A stretch of 64,000 nt of DNA from an uncultured Bacteroidia bacterium (GTDB lineage: Bacteria; Bacteroidota; Bacteroidia; Bacteroidales; UBA932), in assembly GCA_902784435.1 (NCBI GenBank), contig CACZUR010000001.1:16144-80143 (forward strand), written 5' to 3'. This document shows, piece after piece, positions 7,720 through 18,200 of the stretch. Both the position numbers and the translations under genes were made by a program. Each line of letters opens with the position of its first letter. Position 1 is the first letter of the stretch. The notes under the pieces are model-generated. The model had not been told where the DNA came from. It ran no database searches and saw nothing but the letters and a program-made list of their open reading frames with translations.

Positions 7720-10584
7720 TTATTCGGCTTCTGCGGTGGCGGCAGGCTTCATGACCATCTCGATGAAGTTGCCCTGAGCCAGGATTTCGTTCATCAGGGA
7801 GGTGATGTCCTGCTTGGTGAGGTTGTTGATGGCCTCTTCGTACAGTTTGTCGCGGTCCTGACCGTAGGTGAGGTACAGCTCGATGTTGTTCCGCCACCAG
7901 GCGTTGCGCTGACGGCTTTCCGGCAGGTTCTTCTGGAGGTTGAGTTTGGCCATGTTCAGTTCCTCGTCGGTAGGGCCGTTCTGGGCCAGTTCCTGGAAGC
8001 CCTTGATGGCCAGGGCGCGCAGCTTGTCGCACAGGGCGGGCTTGCAGTCGAAGCCTACCAGGAACATGGCGTTCTGCTTGGGACGACGGCGGATATTGCC
8101 CTGGGAGCTGGCTCCGTAAGTACCGCCTTCCTCTTCACGCAGGCTTTCGGTGTAGTGCATGTCCAGGATGTAGGAGATGGCATCCATGGCAGCATCCTTG
8201 GTGTAAGTGTACTCGATGTCTGCATTGTACACCTGGTAGACGGTGCTCTTGGGCGTCTGCATGTCTACCTCGATGATGCGCTCAATCTTGCCCTTGGCCA
8301 GGTCTTCGCGGGGATCCACCCACTGGAGGGCTTTCTTGCCCTTGGGCAGGGAGCCGATGTATTTTTCTACCAGCGGCTTGATGGCTTCGGGATTCACGTC
8401 ACCCACCACCACGAAGGTGGCGCCGGCGGCATCGGCAAAGAGTTTCTTCCAGTTCTTTTCCACCGTGGCCAGGTTGGCACGCTTCACGATGTCCTCGGAG
8501 AGCATCTGACGGCGGGCGTTGTTGCTGTACATGACGTTGTACAACTCTTTCTGGAACTTGTAGTTGGGCTGGTTCTGGAGGTTGGGGAGGATGGCGTTAA
8601 TCTGGTCGATGCCATTCTGCCACTCCTCGGGGTCGAAGCGGGGCTGCGTGTAGTACAGGTATACCAGCTGCAGGGCCGTCTCGAAGTCCTTGACGGTACT
8701 GTTGCCGTTGATACCGTTCTCCAGCTGATCGAAGTAAGGGGTAACGCTCAGGTTCTTGCCGGTGAGCATTTTGGAGACGGTTGTGCCGGAGAAACCTGCA
8801 ACGCCGCTGTTGTTCTGGAACAGGCCGAAGATGTTGTCTTCGAAGGAAGCGATGTCGTCCGTGGAAACCAGGGACAGACCACCGTCCTTGACCAGGTTGA
8901 ACAGGATCTGGTCCTTCTGCAGGTCCGTCGGATAGACAATGACCTTCACGCCGTTCTTGAGCGTCCATTCGGAAGCGCCGTAGATGGTGCTGCCGCTCTT
9001 GGCGATCTTGGAACCCTTGAGGCGGGCAGGATCCAGGAAGGCTTCGGGAATATCTTCACCCGCGGGGGCGGCAATATCGGAAGCTTCCACTTCCTTGATC
9101 ACCTGGAGCAGCTGCTCTGCGGTAGGGGTGGCGATGCCTTCTTTCTGAGGACCATTGTAGATGATGACCATATTGTTGGCATCCCACAGCTGGGAAGCGG
9201 CCTGGCTCAGGGCGGCGGCATTGAACTGGCCTACGATGGCCTGGAACAGTTCCAGCTCTTCCTGGGGCTCCATGAGGGGCTCCTTGTCAAAGAAGTTGGA
9301 GATGATGGGATAGACGAATTCCGGGTTCTGACGGGTGCTGGCGCGGTTTACGCGGGTTTCCAGCATGGACAGGTAGTCGGCCTTGACGCGGTTGAATTCG
9401 GCGTCGGTGATGCCGTATTTCTTCAGGCGCACCAGTTCTGTATAGAAGGCACGGAAACCATCCAGGATATTGCCTTCGCGCAGGGCGACATCTCCCATGA
9501 CGGCGTCGATGTCCTCATAGATGAGGCTGCTGACAGAGAAGGATCCGGACAGGAAGGGAGAGTCGGCTTTGGAAGTGATATCCTGGAAACGCTCGCGCAT
9601 CACCATGCGGATAGCGGTCTTGATGGCATCCGTGGCTTGGCCAAGGGCCGTGGCGTTCACGGCCTCGGGCATGGCTTCGCTGTGCCAGATCAGTTCTATG
9701 GAAGGATTGGTGGTTTCTGGATCCGTGACAATGCCCACGCGGGGTTCGGCATGGTTCGCAATGCTCTGGATGGGCTTTTTCAGGGGATTCTCCTTGGCGG
9801 GGATGGCGCCGAAGATTTCCTTGATCTTGGCCTCGGTGCGGGCAACGTCCACATCGCCCACCACAATCACGGCCTGGTTGCCGGGGTGGTACCAGGTGTG
9901 GTAGAAATCCACCAGGGATTCGGGCTTGAAGGTTTCCAGGTGCTCCTGCGTGCCGATGAGGGTGCACTGGGCCAGCTTGGAATCCGTGCCGAAGTAGTAG
10001 GGGAGAGAGGCCTCCATGCTGCGCCACTGGGCGTTGCGGCGGGTGCGGCGCTCCTCGATGATGACACCGCGTTCGGCGTCAATCTCTTCCGGCTGGTTGA
10101 GCACGAAGTGGGAATAGTCCGCCAGGATCATGAGGCAGCTGTCCACCACGCTTTCCCGCTGGACGGGGATGTTGTTGAGCATGTACTGGGTTTCCTCGAA
10201 ACCGGTGGAAGCGTTGATATTCCGGCCGAATTCCGCGCCGATGGAACGCAGGTAGTTCAGGATACTCTTTCCGGGGAAGTGCTCTGTTCCGTTGAAGCAC
10301 ATGTGCTCCAGGAAGTGAGCCAGGCCATCCTGCTCCGGCTGGTTCTCCTGAATGGCGCCCACGTTGGTGGCCAGGTAGAACTCTGCGCGGCCGGCAGGAA
10401 GCTCGTTATGACGGATGTAATAGGTGAGACCGTTGTCCAAATGGCCGATGGTGTATGCGGCCGAGTTGGGAAGCTGCGGCATCTGGGCAATGACTGCCTC
10501 CATCTGCTCGCGGGAAGGCTGCTGCGCCAGGGCCATGACAACCGTCATAGCCAGGGCGGTGAGGGATACAAAGAATCTTTTCAT
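7720..10584 (-). CDS. M16 family zinc protease (PqqL-like)
   Basis: Signal peptide, GLAHFLEHMCFNGT inverted zincin motif, LREEEGGTYG. Confidence 0.9.
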   Translation of the reverse strand: MKRFFVSLTALAMTVVMALAQQPSREQMEAVIAQMPQLPNSAAYTIGHLDNGLTYYIRHNELPAGRAEFYLATNVGAIQENQPEQDGLAHFLEHMCFNGTEHFPGKSILNYLRSIGAEFGRNINASTGFEETQYMLNNIPVQRESVVDSCLMILADYSHFVLNQPEEIDAERGVIIEERRTRRNAQWRSMEASLPYYFGTDSKLAQCTLIGTQEHLETFKPESLVDFYHTWYHPGNQAVIVVGDVDVARTEAKIKEIFGAIPAKENPLKKPIQSIANHAEPRVGIVTDPETTNPSIELIWHSEAMPEAVNATALGQATDAIKTAIRMVMRERFQDITSKADSPFLSGSFSVSSLIYEDIDAVMGDVALREGNILDGFRAFYTELVRLKKYGITDAEFNRVKADYLSMLETRVNRASTRQNPEFVYPIISNFFDKEPLMEPQEELELFQAIVGQFNAAALSQAASQLWDANNMVIIYNGPQKEGIATPTAEQLLQVIKEVEASDIAAPAGEDIPEAFLDPARLKGSKIAKSGSTIYGASEWTLKNGVKVIVYPTDLQKDQILFNLVKDGGLSLVSTDDIASFEDNIFGLFQNNSGVAGFSGTTVSKMLTGKNLSVTPYFDQLENGINGNSTVKDFETALQLVYLYYTQPRFDPEEWQNGIDQINAILPNLQNQPNYKFQKELYNVMYSNNARRQMLSEDIVKRANLATVEKNWKKLFADAAGATFVVVGDVNPEAIKPLVEKYIGSLPKGKKALQWVDPREDLAKGKIERIIEVDMQTPKSTVYQVYNADIEYTYTKDAAMDAISYILDMHYTESLREEEGGTYGASSQGNIRRRPKQNAMFLVGFDCKPALCDKLRALAIKGFQELAQNGPTDEELNMAKLNLQKNLPESRQRNAWWRNNIELYLTYGQDRDKLYEEAINNLTKQDITSLMNEILAQGNFIEMVMKPAATAEAE

Positions 10585-10713
10585 CTATTATAGGAGTTAT
10601 GAAAAATAATCTCGTGTATTAGTTTAATAGTACACCGCAAAGGTAGAAACTATTTTTTATTAATCAAACAAAAATAGCTATTTTTGCGTAAAGAAATGCA
10701 AAAATTTTAGTAT

Positions 10714-10968
10714 ATGTTGGAAGACAGCAAAATCCGTGCTTTCCTGACCATTGTCCAGCTGGGCAGCTTTACGGCTGCGGCCAGGAAACTGGGCCTTACC
10801 CAGCCGGCCGTAAGCGCCCAGATCGCCTCCCTTGAACAGGCCCTGGGCGTCACGCTGTTCGAAAGGGGACGGGAGCTGTCGCTCACTCCGCCTGGGGAGC
10901 ATTTCCTGGGGTACGCCCTGCGCATCCAGGAAGCCTACAATCTGGCCAACCAGGCCTTTTCTGACTAA
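10714..10968 (+). CDS. LysR-type HTH-only protein (84 aa)
   Basis: GSFTAAARKLGLTQPAVSAQIASLEQALGVTLFER; no effector-binding domain. Confidence 0.8.
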   Translation: MLEDSKIRAFLTIVQLGSFTAAARKLGLTQPAVSAQIASLEQALGVTLFERGRELSLTPPGEHFLGYALRIQEAYNLANQAFSD

Positions 10969-10974
10969 AACAAA

Positions 10975-11012
10975 CAAAAACGTGTAGCCGAAGCATCGAC
11001 TACACGTTTTTG
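10975..11012. terminator. Bidirectional intrinsic terminator
   Basis: CAAAAACGTGTAGCCGA-agca-TCGACTACACGTTTTTG between the convergent LysR-type and PFOR genes. Confidence 0.85.
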
Positions 11013-11032
11013 CATACGTTACAGAACCGGGA

Positions 11033-14000
11033 TTACTTTCCGGCCAGGCGCTTGTAGGTGTTCAGGCGGACCTTGGCAAACTCTTCCGTCTTCTGGAGGA
11101 GTTCCTGGGCATTCTCCGGGAACATCTTGTACAGGGAAGCGAAGCGTACCTCGCCCTTCAGGAAGTCCTGGAACTTGGACCAGTCGGGTTCCTTGCTGTC
11201 CAGGGTGAAGGGATTCTTGTCCGTGCCTTCCAGGGCCGGGTTGTAACGGTACAGGTGCCAGTAACCACATTCTACGGCCAGTTTCTCTTCCTTCTGGCTC
11301 AGGCCCATGCCGGCCTTCAGGCCATGGTTGATACAAGGGCTGTAGGCAATGATCAGGGACGGGCCGTCGTAGGCCTCGGCCTCCTTGATGGCGTTGAAGA
11401 ACTGTACCGGGGAAGCACCCATAGCCACCTGGGCCACATATACGTAGCCGTAGCTGATGGCCATCATGCCCAGATCCTTCTTGCGGATCTTCTTGCCGGA
11501 AGCGGCGAACTTGGCGATGGCGCCCACCGGAGTGGCCTTGGAGCTCTGACCGCCGGTGTTGGAGTACACCTCGGTGTCCAGCACCAGGACATTCACGTTT
11601 TCGCCGCTGGCCAGCACGTGGTCCAGACCGCCGTAACCGATGTCGTAGGAGGCACCGTCACCGCCGATGATCCACTGGCTGCGGGCCGGGATAAAGTGCT
11701 GGTATTCCACCAGTTTCTTGCAGGTGTCGCAGCTGCACTCCTGGGCCAGGGGCACAATCTTGTCGGCTACTTCGCGAGTAATGGCGGGATCCTGGGGGGC
11801 TTCCAGCCACTGGGCGGCCAGGGCCTTGATATCCTGGCTGCAGCACTCGCATTCCAGGGCCTGCTTCATGGTGGAGGCCACGGTTTCGCGGGCACGGTCG
11901 CTACCCAGTTTCATACCCAGGCCGAATTCGCAGAAGTCCTCGAACAGGGAGTTGGCCCATGCGGGACCGTGACCCTTTTCGTTGGTGCAGTACGGGCTGG
12001 CCGGGAAGGAAGCGCCGTAGATGGAAGAGCAGCCCGTGGCGTTGGCCACCATCATGTGGTCGCCGAACAGCTGGGTAATGGTTTTGATGTTGGGGGTTTC
12101 ACCGCAACCGGCGCAGGCGCCCGAGAACTCGAACAGAGGCTGGGCGAACTGGCTGTTCTTCATGTTGGCCTTCTTGTCCACGTACTCCTTGTAACCCACC
12201 TTCTTGTTCAGGTAGTCAAAGGCGGCCTGGTCTTCCTTATCATTGATATAAGGAACCATCTTCAGGGCCTTTTCAGGCTTGGACAGGCACACATCCACGC
12301 AGTTGCCGCAACCGGTGCAGTCGTCCACGGAGATGGCGATGGCATACTTGTAATCCTTGAGGTTGGCTTTGCCCTGGGCCAGTTTCACGCTGGCAGGGAC
12401 CTTGGCGGCCTCTTCTTCGGTGAGCAGGAACGGGCGAATGGCGGCGTGCGGGCACACGAAGGCGCAGGTGTTGCACTGGATACATTTTTCGGCGTCCCAG
12501 GTGGGAACGTTCACGGCCACGCCGCGTTTTTCGAAGGCGGCGGTGCCGGCGGGCATGGTACCGTCGGCATAGGGCAGGAAGGCGCTCACCGGAAGGGTGT
12601 CGCCGGCCTGGGCGTTCACGATGTCGGCCACGTCTTTCACGAAGGCGGGAGCCAGGCGGTCCTTGTTGGGATTCTCGAACTTGGCGGTCAGGTTGGCCCA
12701 TTCGGCCGGAACCTTGATTTCGGTGTATTCGCCGCCGCGGTCTACGGCTGCGTAGTTCATGTTCACCACGTTTTCGCCCTTCTTGCCATAGGACTTCACG
12801 ATGGCGTCTTTCATGTACTTCACGGCATCGTCGGCCGGAATGATGCCGGTGATGCGGAAGAAGGCGCTCTGGAGGATGGTGTTGGTGCGTCCGCCCAGGC
12901 CGATCTCTGCGGCAATCTTGGTGGCGTTGATGATGAACACGCGGATGTGCTTGCGGCCAATGACGGCTTTCACGTTGTCCGGGATGTTCTTGATGGTCTC
13001 TTCCTCATCCCACAGGGAATTCAGGAGCAGGGTGCCGCCGTCCTTGATGCCCTTCAGGACATCGTATTTCTTCAGGTAGGAAGGTACGTGGCAGGCCACG
13101 AAGTCCGGGGTGTTCACCAGATAGGGAGCCTTGATGGGCTGCTGGCCGAAGCGTAGGTGGGAGCAGGTGTAACCGCCGGATTTCTTGGAGTCGTAGTCAA
13201 AGTAAGCCTGGCTGTAGAGGTCTGTGTGCGAGCCGATGATCTTGATGGTGTTCTTGTTGGCACCCACGGTGCCGTCCGAACCCAGGCCATAGAATTTGCA
13301 CTCGGTGGTGCCGGGCTTCACGATGGAAACCTCGCTCTTGATGGGCAGGCTCTTGAAGGTGACATCGTCCACGATGCCGATGGTGAAGTCCGTCTTGGGC
13401 TCCTTGGCATCCAGGTTGTCGTACACGGCCACGATCTGGGCGGGGGTGGTGTCCTTGGAGGACAGGCCGTAACGGCCGCCGATGATGAGGACATTGTCCT
13501 TGCCCTGGAAGAGGGCCTTCACGTCGGTGAACAGGGGTTCTCCCACGGCGCCGGGTTCCTTGGTGCGGTCCAGGACGGCGATGCGGCGGACGCTCTTCGG
13601 GAGCACGGAGAAGAAGTACTTCTCACTGAAAGGACGATACAGGTGTACGGTGATGAGGCCGTACTTGCGGCCGCGGCCGGCCAGGTAGTCGATGGTTTCC
13701 TTGATGGTCTCGGTGACGGAACCCATGGCCACGATGATGTTCTCGGCGGTAGGGTCTCCATAATATTCGAAGGGACGGTAGCTGCGTCCGGTGAGCTCGG
13801 AGATTTCACCCATGTAGCGGGCCACGATGTCCGGGATGGCATCGTAGTACTGGTTGCGGGTTTCCAGGGCCTGGAAGTAGACGTCGCCGTTCTGGGCGGT
13901 GCCGCGGGTGACGGGGGCGTCCGGGTTCAGGGCACGGGCGCGGAACTTGGCCAGGGCCTTGGTGGATACCATGTCACGCAGGGCGTCCTCGTCCAGGGCC

Positions 14001-14557
14001 TCGATCTTCTGGATTTCGTGGCTGGTACGGAAGCCGTCGAAGAAGTGCAGGAACGGGAGGCTGCTTTTGATGGCGCTCAGATGGGCCACGGCGGCAATGT
14101 CCTGGGCTTCCTGGACGGAACCGGAGGCAATCATCGCAAAGCCGGTCTGGCGGCAGGCCATTACATCCTGGTGGTCGCCGAAGATGGACAGGGCGTGGCT
14201 GGCCAGGGCGCGGGCGCTCACGTGGAACACGGTAGGCAGCATTTCGCCGGCTATCTTGTACATGTTGGGAATCATGAGCAGCAGACCCTGCGAGGCGGTG
14301 AAGGTAGAGGTAAGGGCACCTGCCTGGAGGGAACCATGCACGGCGCCGGCGGCGCCTGCTTCGCTCTGCATCTCCGTCACCTTTACGGTTTCTCCCCACA
14401 GGTTCTTTTTGCCGTGGGCGGCCCACTCGTCGATGTTCTCTGCCATCGTGGAGGACGGGGTGATCGGGTAGATGGCGGCATGCTCGCTGAACAGATACGC
14501 AATGTTGGAAGCGGCATAGTTACCATCACAGGTGATGAATTTCTTTTCTTTTGCCAT
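11033..14557 (-). CDS. nifJ: Pyruvate:ferredoxin (flavodoxin) oxidoreductase
   Basis: IYPITPSS, MQSEAGAAG, two ferredoxin motifs, FSGACAGCGE and GGDG TPP motif. Confidence 0.97.
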   Translation of the reverse strand: MAKEKKFITCDGNYAASNIAYLFSEHAAIYPITPSSTMAENIDEWAAHGKKNLWGETVKVTEMQSEAGAAGAVHGSLQAGALTSTFTASQGLLLMIPNMYKIAGEMLPTVFHVSARALASHALSIFGDHQDVMACRQTGFAMIASGSVQEAQDIAAVAHLSAIKSSLPFLHFFDGFRTSHEIQKIEALDEDALRDMVSTKALAKFRARALNPDAPVTRGTAQNGDVYFQALETRNQYYDAIPDIVARYMGEISELTGRSYRPFEYYGDPTAENIIVAMGSVTETIKETIDYLAGRGRKYGLITVHLYRPFSEKYFFSVLPKSVRRIAVLDRTKEPGAVGEPLFTDVKALFQGKDNVLIIGGRYGLSSKDTTPAQIVAVYDNLDAKEPKTDFTIGIVDDVTFKSLPIKSEVSIVKPGTTECKFYGLGSDGTVGANKNTIKIIGSHTDLYSQAYFDYDSKKSGGYTCSHLRFGQQPIKAPYLVNTPDFVACHVPSYLKKYDVLKGIKDGGTLLLNSLWDEEETIKNIPDNVKAVIGRKHIRVFIINATKIAAEIGLGGRTNTILQSAFFRITGIIPADDAVKYMKDAIVKSYGKKGENVVNMNYAAVDRGGEYTEIKVPAEWANLTAKFENPNKDRLAPAFVKDVADIVNAQAGDTLPVSAFLPYADGTMPAGTAAFEKRGVAVNVPTWDAEKCIQCNTCAFVCPHAAIRPFLLTEEEAAKVPASVKLAQGKANLKDYKYAIAISVDDCTGCGNCVDVCLSKPEKALKMVPYINDKEDQAAFDYLNKKVGYKEYVDKKANMKNSQFAQPLFEFSGACAGCGETPNIKTITQLFGDHMMVANATGCSSIYGASFPASPYCTNEKGHGPAWANSLFEDFCEFGLGMKLGSDRARETVASTMKQALECECCSQDIKALAAQWLEAPQDPAITREVADKIVPLAQECSCDTCKKLVEYQHFIPARSQWIIGGDGASYDIGYGGLDHVLASGENVNVLVLDTEVYSNTGGQSSKATPVGAIAKFAASGKKIRKKDLGMMAISYGYVYVAQVAMGASPVQFFNAIKEAEAYDGPSLIIAYSPCINHGLKAGMGLSQKEEKLAVECGYWHLYRYNPALEGTDKNPFTLDSKEPDWSKFQDFLKGEVRFASLYKMFPENAQELLQKTEEFAKVRLNTYKRLAGK

Positions 14558-14577
14558 AATTTTTGTTTGTGGTTAAT

Positions 14578-15423
14578 TTATTGTTGTTGAATTCTTTTCA
14601 GAAGACCCGTCAGGACGGTTCCGGGGCCCAGTTCCACGAACTCGGAGGCACCGTCCGAAAGCATGTTCAGGACGGTCTGGGTCCAGCGGACGGGGGAGGT
14701 GAGCTGGCGGAGAAGATTCTCCTTGATGAGCACCGGGTCTGACGTGGGAAGGGCCGTTACGTTCTGATAGATGGGGCAGAACGGTGCCCGGAACGCAGTG
14801 GCGTCGATGGCTTGGGCCAGTTCTTCCCGGGCCGGTTCCATCAGCGGGGAGTGGAAGGCACCGCTGACGGGGAGCTTGAGCGCCCGCTTGGCACCGGCTT
14901 CCTTGAGCAGGACACAGGCTTGGTCAACCGCCGCTTCTTCTCCGGAAATGACCACCTGGCCGGGGGAGTTGAAATTGGCGGGTACCACACCGGGGATGGC
15001 GGCGCAGACTTCCTCGATCACCGGGTCCGGGAGGTTGATGATGGCGGCCATGGCACCGGGCGCCTTTTCGCAGCACCGCTGCATGGCCTGGGCGCGCAGC
15101 TGCACCAGACGGAGCCCGTCTTCGAAGTCCAGGGCGCCTGCGGCCACCAGGGCGCTGAATTCTCCCAGGGAGTGGCCGGCCACCATGTCCGGTTTGCGGT
15201 CCTGGCTCTTGGCCAGAACGATGCTGTGCAGGAAAATGGCAGGCTGGGTTACGCGCGTAGCCTTGAGGGCCTCCGCGCTGTCTCCGAACATGATGTCCGT
15301 GAGGCGGAAACCCAGGATGGCGTTGGCGCTTTCCATCAGGTCTTGGTGTGCGGGATATAAATCCTGGGCCATTCCGGGGAATTGGGACCCCTGGCCAGGA
15401 AATATATAAGCGAGTTTACTCAT
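14578..15423 (-). CDS. fabD: Malonyl-CoA-ACP transacylase
   Basis: FPGQGSQ, GHSLGE and AFHS motifs; start moved to MSKLAY. Confidence 0.95.
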   Translation of the reverse strand: MSKLAYIFPGQGSQFPGMAQDLYPAHQDLMESANAILGFRLTDIMFGDSAEALKATRVTQPAIFLHSIVLAKSQDRKPDMVAGHSLGEFSALVAAGALDFEDGLRLVQLRAQAMQRCCEKAPGAMAAIINLPDPVIEEVCAAIPGVVPANFNSPGQVVISGEEAAVDQACVLLKEAGAKRALKLPVSGAFHSPLMEPAREELAQAIDATAFRAPFCPIYQNVTALPTSDPVLIKENLLRQLTSPVRWTQTVLNMLSDGASEFVELGPGTVLTGLLKRIQQQ

Positions 15424-15490
15424 TCGGGTTAGTAAAAGCGATAAGCATACAAAGGTAACAATTTTATCTTGAAATTTCAAAAAGATTGCT

Positions 15491-15498
15491 TATCTTTG
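15491..15498 (+). promoter_or_regulatory. Bacteroidetes -7 promoter box (TATCTTTG) for tRNA-Arg
   Basis: Matches TAnnTTTG, 17 nt upstream of the mature tRNA. Confidence 0.65.
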
Positions 15499-15515
15499 CA
15501 GCCCTGTCCGGTAAT

Positions 15516-15590
15516 GCCCCTGTAGTTTAAAGGATAGAATAACGGATTCCGGTTCCGTTGGTCCCGGTTCGATTCCGAGCGGGGGTACCA
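15516..15590 (+). tRNA. tRNA-Arg (CCG)
   Basis: GCCCCTG/CGGGGGT acceptor stem, anticodon arm ACGGA-TTCCGGT-TCCGT, TTCGATT T-loop (one C-A mismatch in the T-stem) and encoded CCA. Confidence 0.92.
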
Positions 15591-15672
15591 AGATGGCTCA
15601 CAAGCAACTGAAATTCAGTAAACTGTGGGCCATCTTCCGTTTTTTTCCGAATAATCGCTATCTTTGCATGCT

Positions 15673-17127
15673 ATGAATTGGACGATGAGGAACACTTTTA
15701 TTGCCGCAGCGCTGCTTGTGCTGCTTAGTGCGGGGAACTGCACTTCGGAGAAAAAGACAGCGCTGGAACTCCGATCGGAGGCCGATTTGCCGGGCCTCAC
15801 CCTGGCCTATCCCAGCGGAAGCTATTACCAGACCAAGTACGACTCCCGGGAGGACGTGGCCTCTTTTGCCACCAATTCGGAGTCGGATGCCGTGCAGGCC
15901 GTACGGCAGGGAGATGCCGATGTCCTGGTCATCGACGAAGTGGCGCTTACCAAGGACGAAATGAAAAGGCTGGGGCTGAAACTCGCTTTCCGGGGAGAAG
16001 AGTTCTTCGACGTGGCATTTGCCGTGCAGAAAGGAAACACGGAACTGTTGTCGCAGCTGGATCGTTTTATCGCCTCCGCGCCTATGGAGGACATGATCAC
16101 CCATTGGACGGAAGGAACTCCCGCCGTGGAGGAACCCGCCTTCGAAATCGCAGAGGATGCGGCTCCGCTCCGCTGCATCTGCAGCGTGAATATGGCCCCC
16201 ATCAGCTATGTCGGCGACCAGGGGGAGTGGATGGGCATGGATCCCGACATCCTGCGCCGCTTCGCCCATGCCATCGGCAGACCCTTCCAGATGCAGTATG
16301 TCGACTTCGCGGCAGCCATTATCGCCCTGCAGACCGGCCAGGCCGATGTCATGTCGGCCTGCCTGTTCGTGACGGAAGAACGGAAGAAAAACGTAGACTT
16401 CTCCATCCCGTATTATCAGTGCCATCCCGGTTACTTCGTGAAAGATACAGGGAACACGGCCCGTATGGGCATCGGGGAACGCCTGAAAATGAACCTGCTT
16501 ACGGAAGCCCGGTGGAAACTGATTGTGGACGGCCTGCTGGAAACCCTCAAAATCACCTTCCTGTCCATCCTGCTGGGCACCGTCCTGGGCATCGGGCTGT
16601 GCGCGTGTATGCGCAGCCGCCGCAAGGGACTCCGCACCCTCGCCGGCCTGTACGGCGCTTTCATCAACGGCATTCCCACGCTGGTGCTGCTGCTGATTAT
16701 GTTTTACGTGGTGTTTGCCGGAACCGGCGTGAACGCTTCGCTGGTGGCCGTGGTCACTTTCGCCCTCTGCTTCGCCGCATCGTCCGGCGCCATTTTCGAC
16801 ACCGCCATTTCCTCGGTACCCAGGGGACAGACGGAAGCCGGCCTGAGCCTGGGCTTCACCCCCTTCAAGACCTTTACCGGCATCGTCTTCCCGCAGGCGG
16901 CCCAAAAGGGGATTCCGCTCTATGCCGCAGAGTGCGTGGCACTGCTCAAGAGTACCTCCATCGTGGGCTATATCGCCATCCAGGACATCACGCGCGCCAG
17001 CGACCTCATCCGCAGCCGCACCTTCGACGCCCTGATTCCGCTCGTGGTGGTCACCATCCTCTATTTCCTCCTCGCCTGGATCATCCGGCTGCTGTTGAAC
17101 CTTTTCCTGACCCAAAAAATAATATGA
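15673..17127 (+). CDS. Polar amino acid ABC transporter, tandem substrate-binding domains fused to the permease
   Basis: Two SBP_bac_3-like regions (AVRQGDADV; ALQTGQADV...ERKKNVDFS) followed by a HisM/GlnP permease ([22 protein letters not shown]). Start is 15673 or 15685. Confidence 0.85.
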   Translation: MNWTMRNTFIAAALLVLLSAGNCTSEKKTALELRSEADLPGLTLAYPSGSYYQTKYDSREDVASFATNSESDAVQAVRQGDADVLVIDEVALTKDEMKRLGLKLAFRGEEFFDVAFAVQKGNTELLSQLDRFIASAPMEDMITHWTEGTPAVEEPAFEIAEDAAPLRCICSVNMAPISYVGDQGEWMGMDPDILRRFAHAIGRPFQMQYVDFAAAIIALQTGQADVMSACLFVTEERKKNVDFSIPYYQCHPGYFVKDTGNTARMGIGERLKMNLLTEARWKLIVDGLLETLKITFLSILLGTVLGIGLCACMRSRRKGLRTLAGLYGAFINGIPTLVLLLIMFYVVFAGTGVNASLVAVVTFALCFAASSGAIFDTAISSVPRGQTEAGLSLGFTPFKTFTGIVFPQAAQKGIPLYAAECVALLKSTSIVGYIAIQDITRASDLIRSRTFDALIPLVVVTILYFLLAWIIRLLLNLFLTQKII

Positions 17128-18194
17128 TAAGCATCAAGCATTTAAGCAAATCTTTCCGCAATCCGGACGGCAGCGTTATCACCGTCCTGAAAGATGTCAA
17201 CTGCGAGATCGGCCGGGGTGAGGTTATCAGCATCATCGGCCCTTCCGGCACCGGGAAAAGCACCCTCCTGAGGGCCATCAACATGCTGGAACCGCCCACC
17301 GGCGGAGAAATCCGGGTGGACGGGGAGAACATCACGGCCAAGGGCTATCCGCTGCACAAACTCCGCCAGAAGATGGGCATGGTTTTCCAGGGTTTCAACC
17401 TCTTCGAGCACAAGACCGTGCTGGAAAACATCATCTATGCCCCCATGCGGCTGCGGCATGTGCCGGAGGCCGATGCCCGGGAAGAAGCCATGGAACTGCT
17501 CCGGAAGGTGGGGATGGCGCAGAAAGCCGACGTGTATCCTTCCTCCCTTTCCGGCGGTCAGAAGCAGCGGGTGGCCATTGCGCGCTCACTGGCCATGCAT
17601 CCGGAGGTCATCCTCTTCGACGAACCCACATCGGCCCTGGACCCCACCATGGTGGGAGAAGTGCTCAGCGTCATTCGTTCGCTGTCGAAAGAAGGACTTA
17701 CCATGCTCATTGTCACGCACGAGATGCGTTTCGCCCGCGATGTGAGTACCCGGATCTTCTTCATGAACGAAGGCGTCATCTACGAAGACGGTGCCCCGGA
17801 GCAAATCTTCGGGCATCCGGTCCGCAGCGCTACGAAAGCCTTTGTCAACCGCATCCAGAAGCTGGTGTACGAGGTAGATTCCGCGGACTTCGACTTCCTG
17901 CAGATGCACACGGGATTCAACCAATTCTGCATCAAATACAACTTGCCCGTCACGGCCGATGCGGCCTATTCCCTGGTACGGGAATTGCTGTTTGAGCATC
18001 TCCCGGACTTGCGGCCGCTCACCGTCCGGCTCACGTACGCCGAGCTTTCCGGGGAAACGGCCCTGGACTTCATGGCCGAGGGCATTACGGCATCTCCGCT
18101 CCCGGAGGCCGCCAGGGACAGCCTTCGCGGCCGGGTGAAGCAAATGGTGGAAGAACCCACGGCGAGGGGATTCCGAGTGAAACTTATACTATAA
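17124..18194 (+). CDS. Amino acid ABC transporter ATP-binding protein (GlnQ-like) with C-terminal extension
   Basis: [16 protein letters not shown] and DEPTSALD motifs; true start MISIKHL overlaps the permease stop. Confidence 0.9.
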   Translation: MISIKHLSKSFRNPDGSVITVLKDVNCEIGRGEVISIIGPSGTGKSTLLRAINMLEPPTGGEIRVDGENITAKGYPLHKLRQKMGMVFQGFNLFEHKTVLENIIYAPMRLRHVPEADAREEAMELLRKVGMAQKADVYPSSLSGGQKQRVAIARSLAMHPEVILFDEPTSALDPTMVGEVLSVIRSLSKEGLTMLIVTHEMRFARDVSTRIFFMNEGVIYEDGAPEQIFGHPVRSATKAFVNRIQKLVYEVDSADFDFLQMHTGFNQFCIKYNLPVTADAAYSLVRELLFEHLPDLRPLTVRLTYAELSGETALDFMAEGITASPLPEAARDSLRGRVKQMVEEPTARGFRVKLIL

Positions 18195-18200
18195 ACAGCT

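Noticed and set aside
16104-18194. Apparent long N-terminal extensions (also 36960-37592, 48545-49570, 53625-55001, 29922-32105, 32471-33028)
   Set aside because: The upstream parts are off-frame overlaps with the preceding gene or run through promoter DNA. Better internal ATGs exist and there is no evidence for programmed frameshifting.
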